Shown here: one piece after another, positions 60,934 through 64,000 of the stretch
Layout of the letters: each line of letters starts with the position of its first letter
Numbering within the stretch: position 1 is the stretch's first letter
Source: Eledone cirrhosa
Taxonomy: Eukaryota
Reading direction: 5' to 3'
DNA: 64,000 nucleotides
Assembly: GCA_964016885.1 (NCBI GenBank)
Contig: OZ024748.1
Location: 26,474,001-26,538,000 of the forward strand
Program-made: the position numbers and the translations under genes
Notes under the pieces: generated by a model
Told to the model about the DNA's origin: nothing
Database searches by the model: none
The model's input: the letters and a program-made list of their open reading frames with translations, nothing else

Positions 60934-63900
60934 CCAACAACAACAACGCCAACAACACCAACAACAACACCAACACCAACGCCAACACCATCAACACCAA
61001 CAACACCAACAACAACACCGCCAACAACACCAACACCACCAACAACAACAACAACAACACCAACAGCAACACCCTCAGCGACACCCACACCACCAACAAC
61101 AACGTCAACAACAACGTCAATAACAACACCACCAACAACACCACCAACAACAACACCAACAACAAAATCCACAACACCAACAATAACAACAATGTCAACA
61201 ACACCACCACCAATTACAATTACACCTAAAACAACGAATCGAAAAACAACAGCAGTAACAGCAAAAACAATAACACCAACAACAACAACTACACCAACAA
61301 CAACATCAACAACTGCAACACAGCTTCCTTCAACAGCTCTATTACTAACTGAAACTACAGATGCAAGTTCTAGTTCTCTTCCACAAAGTGCCATTTACCG
61401 TAGCACATTGCAAAGTACAAAAAAAATTAAAATTATAGAAACGGAACGCACAACTGATGCAGTAATTACAACTCAACTAACAACATCAACTGCACAAACA
61501 AGTCTGACAACTCAGGTAGAAGACATTGAAAAATTGACACCAACACCAGTTTTTACCACAATGCATACACCAACTGAAACAACAGTGGTTTCATCTCCTG
61601 AACACACCTCTATAACACCTACAGAGGAACTTACTAGTATAGAATATACATCTGAGACATCAACTGAAAAATCACTACCTATGACAACACCTACAAGCAC
61701 AGCAGAAAAGATCACTGAAACTATTACAGACACAACAGCAACAACATCACAGCTCCCTTCAACAAGTGAAATCCATATAGAAACTCCTAAATCTACTTCT
61801 CAACTTCCTTATACAACTGACATTGAAACAAGAACAGTGGAAAGAACAACACAAATTACAGATATTGAAACTGAACGTTCAACTCAGACAGAAATTACAC
61901 CACAACTAACAACATCGCCTGAAGAAACAACAATGTCTACTCAGGTAGAGGACATCGAAAAGGTGACACCAACACAAGTTGCTAGCACAAAGCAAACATC
62001 AACTGAAACAACAGTTGTTTCTTCTACTGAACAAACCTCTATAACACCTACAGATGAACTCACTAGTATTGAATATACTACTGAGACAGCAACTGAAAAA
62101 CCACTACCTATCAAGAGACCTACAAGCACAGCAGAAAAGATCACTGAAACTAGAACAGACACAACAGCAACAACATCACAGCTTCCTTCAACAAGTGAAA
62201 TCCATATAGAAACTCCTAAATCTACTTCTGAACTGCCTCATACAACTGACATTGAAACAAGTACAGTGGAAAGAACAACACAAATTACAGATATTGAAAC
62301 TGAGCGCTCAACTCGGACAGAAATTACATCACAACTAACAAGTTCTCCTGAAGAAACAACTCTGTCTACTCAGGTAGAGGACATTGAAAAGGTGACACCA
62401 ACACCAGTTGCTAGCACAAAGCATACATCACCTGAAACAACAGTAGTTTCATCTCCTGAACACACCTCTATAACACCTACAGATGAACTCACTCGTATTG
62501 AATATACTATTGAGACATCAACTAAAAAATCACTACCTATGACAACACCTACCAGCACAGCAGAAAAGATCACTGAAACTATTACAGACACAACAGCAAC
62601 AACACCACAGCTTTCTCCAACAAGCGAAATCCATATAGAAACTCCAAAATCTACTTCTCAACTTCCTTATACAACTGACATTGAAACAAGTACAGTGGGA
62701 AGAACAACACAAATTACAGATATTGAAACTGAGCGCACAACTGAGACAGAACGTACACCACAACTAACAACATCTCCTGAAGAAACAACTCTGTCTACTG
62801 AGGTGGAGGACATCGAAAAGGTGACACCAACACAAGTTGCTAGCACAATGCATACATCACCTAAAACAACAGTTGTTTCATCTACTGAACACACCTCTCT
62901 AACATCATCTACAGAGGAACTCACTAGTATAAAATATACTCCTGAGACATCAACTGAAAAGTCACTACCTATCAAGACACCTACAAGCACAGCAGAAAAG
63001 ATCACTGAAACTATAACAGACACAACAGCAACAACATCACAGCTTCCTTCAACAAGTGAAATCCATATAGAAACTCCTAAATCTACTTCTGAACTTCCTT
63101 ATACAACTGACATTGAAACAAGTACAGTGGAAAGAACAACACAAATTACAGATATTGAAACTGAGCACACAACTCAGACAGAAATTACACCACAACTAAC
63201 AACATCTCCTGAAGAAACAACACTGTCTACTCAGGTAGAGGACATCGAAAAGGTGACACCAACACAAGTTGCTAACACAATACATACATCCCCTGAAACA
63301 ACAGTTGTTTCATCTCCTGAACACACCTCTATAACACCTACAGATGAACTTACTAGTATTGAATATACAACTGAGACATCAACTAAAAAACCACTACCTA
63401 TCAAGACACCTACAAGCACAGCTGAAATGATCACTGAAACTATTACAGACACAACAGCAACAACATCACAGCTTCCTTCAACAAGTGAAATCCATATAGA
63501 AACTCCAAAATCTACTTCTCAAATTCCTTATACAACTGACATTGAAACAAGGACAGTGGAAAGAACAACACAAATTACAGATATTGAAACTGAGCACACA
63601 ACTCAGACAGAAATTACACCACAACTAACAACATCTCCTGAAGAAACAACACTGTCTACACAGGTACAGGACATCGAAAAGGTGACACAAACACAAGTTG
63701 CTACCACAAAGCATACGTCACCTGAAATAACAGTAGTTTCATCTCCAGAACACACCTCTATAACACCTACAGATGAACTTACTATTATTGAATATAAAAC
63801 TGAGACATCAACTGAAAAACCACTACCTATCAAGACAGCTACAAGCACAGCAGAAAAGATCACTGAAACTAGAACAGACACAACAGCAACAACATTACAG

Positions 63901-63999
63901 CTTCCTTCAACAAGTGAAATCCATATAGAAACTCCTAAATCTACTTCTGAACTGCCTCATATAAGTGACATTGAAACAAGTACAGTGGAAAGAACAACA
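1..63999 (+). CDS. Partial giant mucin-like (PTS-domain) glycoprotein, at least 21,333 codons, open at both window edges
   Basis: Frame +1 translates to a repeated 143-aa peptide (first unit by hand count: 43 Thr, 16 Ser, 12 Pro, 20 Glu, 5 Asp, no Cys/Gly/Asn/Phe/Trp). A fixed landmark in each unit (210, 639, 1116, 1509 ... 60294, 61512 ... 63231) always falls on a coordinate divisible by 3, so frame is kept. Almost every unit has an in-frame ATG, yet the ORF track reports no frame +1 ORF, as expected if the frame contains no stop. I translated the non-repeat parts of 60241-61560 by hand and found them open. Confidence 0.88.
6560..10250 (+). repeat. Higher-order tandem duplication, period 1716 bp (4 monomers)
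   Basis: Diagnostic variants (gacgttgaa...acgatg, acacgagtt, acagtagca, ccttatacaact) recur at +1716. Units 6654/7083/7512/7941 match 8370/8799/9228/9657. Confidence 0.9.
8825..13790 (+). repeat. Higher-order duplication, period 2574 bp (6 monomers)
   Basis: Variant units at 9228/9657/10086/10515/10944 recur at 11802/12231/12660/13089/13518. Confidence 0.88.
24400..28755 (+). repeat. Higher-order tandem duplication, period 2145 bp (5 monomers)
   Basis: Variants gagtggaaa (24622/26767), gaggcatca (25261/27406), cagcgtcct and gaattc (26233/28378) recur at +2145. Confidence 0.92.
28640..33855 (+). repeat. Higher-order tandem duplication, period 2574 bp (6 monomers)
   Basis: Units 28980/29409/29838/30267/30696 recur at 31554/31983/32412/32841/33270 with shared private variants (gttactagc, tctagacag, actggaaca, cctcagata). 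Confidence 0.92.
36720..44150 (+). repeat. Higher-order duplication, period 3432 bp (8 monomers), with a nested 1287-bp (3-monomer) re-duplication
   Basis: Units 36702/37131/37560/37989/38418 recur at 40134/40563/40992/41421/41850. The triplet 40992-41850 recurs at 42279-43137, then the series resumes (43566 matches 38847). Confidence 0.88.
58070..60040 (+). repeat. Alternating dimer higher-order repeat, period 858 bp
   Basis: The variant unit carrying cacacatct and tatacatctgatacatca occurs at 58149, 59007 and 59865, alternating with near-consensus units. Confidence 0.8.
60262..60420 (+). other. Unique in-frame linker interrupting the array (TKTTKQTTLSFQPVDFKTSNNVSGTREKWEMYTSEVMSPAASTADFVIKFLTI)
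   Basis: The repeat consensus decays from about 60262 and is lost after 60297. The segment is stop-free in frame +1 and contains Phe, Trp, Gly and Asn, which are absent from the repeat consensus. An N-V-S sequon lies at 60322-60330. Confidence 0.8.
60421..61320 (+). repeat. Low-complexity coding tract (CCA ACA ACA ACA)n encoding (PTTT)n, about 300 codons
   Basis: Almost pure ACA/ACG/CCA/CCC codons from 60421 to about 60830. It becomes progressively degenerate (Ser, Ala, Ile, Lys) up to 61320. Confidence 0.95.
61321..61512 (+). repeat. Highly diverged half-copy of the 429-bp unit
   Basis: QLPSTALLLTETTDASSSSLPQSAIYRSTLQSTKKIKIIETERTTDAVITTQLTTSTAQTSLTT has the same 192-nt length as consensus QLPST...TLST. 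It retains QLPST, IETERTT and QLTTS. Confidence 0.85.
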
Positions 64000-64000
64000 C
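61513..64000 (+). repeat. Second segment of the 429-bp array (about 5.8 more diverged copies, runs off the window)
   Basis: Landmarks at 61512, 61941, 62370, 62799, 63231 (+3 nt) and 63660. Each unit carries more private substitutions than units in 1-45 kb. Confidence 0.97.

Noticed and set aside
60421-61120. Possible polyGln/His or polyAsn protein from the CAA/AAC frames
   Set aside because: These frames are open only because the tract lacks T. They are closed nearby on both sides, whereas the Thr/Pro frame is continuous with both flanks.
60294-61394. 366-aa Val/Gly-rich and 265-aa Leu/Val-rich minus-strand ORFs
   Set aside because: They are the reverse complement of the (PTTT)n tract. Its T-poor + strand cannot produce antisense stop codons.
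886-62763. Minus-strand Cys-rich ORFs of 65-78 aa (MHCASNLCWCH...), resembling metallothioneins or toxins
   Set aside because: TGT codons are the reverse complement of abundant ACA (Thr). The ORF appears mainly where the + strand CTA codon has mutated and removed an antisense stop, so it is incidental.
210-63881. Roughly 140 minus-strand ORFs, mostly 73 aa, rich in Val/Ser (MSVIVSVIFSAV...), resembling small membrane proteins
   Set aside because: They are codon-aligned antisense shadows of the Thr/Glu-rich + frame. Their starts and stops come and go with single substitutions, while only frame +1 stays intact.
1-63999. Assignment to a named gene (MUC2, MUC5AC, MUC16, MUC17, zonadhesin, spidroin, bacterial adhesin)
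   Set aside because: No diagnostic terminal domain is in the window and I do not recognise the repeat. Similarity is compositional only, so no symbol or taxon is given.

Overview
The whole window is one reading frame on the + strand (frame +1, 1..63999, about 21,333 codons). It has no visible start, stop, frameshift or intron, so it runs off both ends. It is absent from the supplied ORF track, which contains only short antisense or off-frame shadows. The frame consists of about 147 tandem copies of a 429-bp unit encoding a 143-aa Thr/Ser/Pro/Glu-rich peptide (TTATTSQLPSTSEIHIETPKSTSELPHITDIETSTVERTTQITDIETERTTQTEITPQLTTSPEETTLSTQVEDIEKVTPTQVASTMHTSPETTVVSSPEHTSITPTDELTSIEYTTETSTEKPLPIKTPTSTAEKITETITD), typical of a mucin-like PTS domain but unusually acidic. 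The monomers form satellite-like higher-order repeats, and every indel I could locate is a multiple of 3. Near 60.26-61.51 kb the array is interrupted in frame by a short unique linker, a roughly 300-codon (PTTT)n tract and a decayed half-unit, after which more diverged units resume. The most likely reading is the interior of a giant coding exon of a eukaryotic, probably animal, mucin-type glycoprotein. Gene name and taxon cannot be assigned because no terminal domains are visible.
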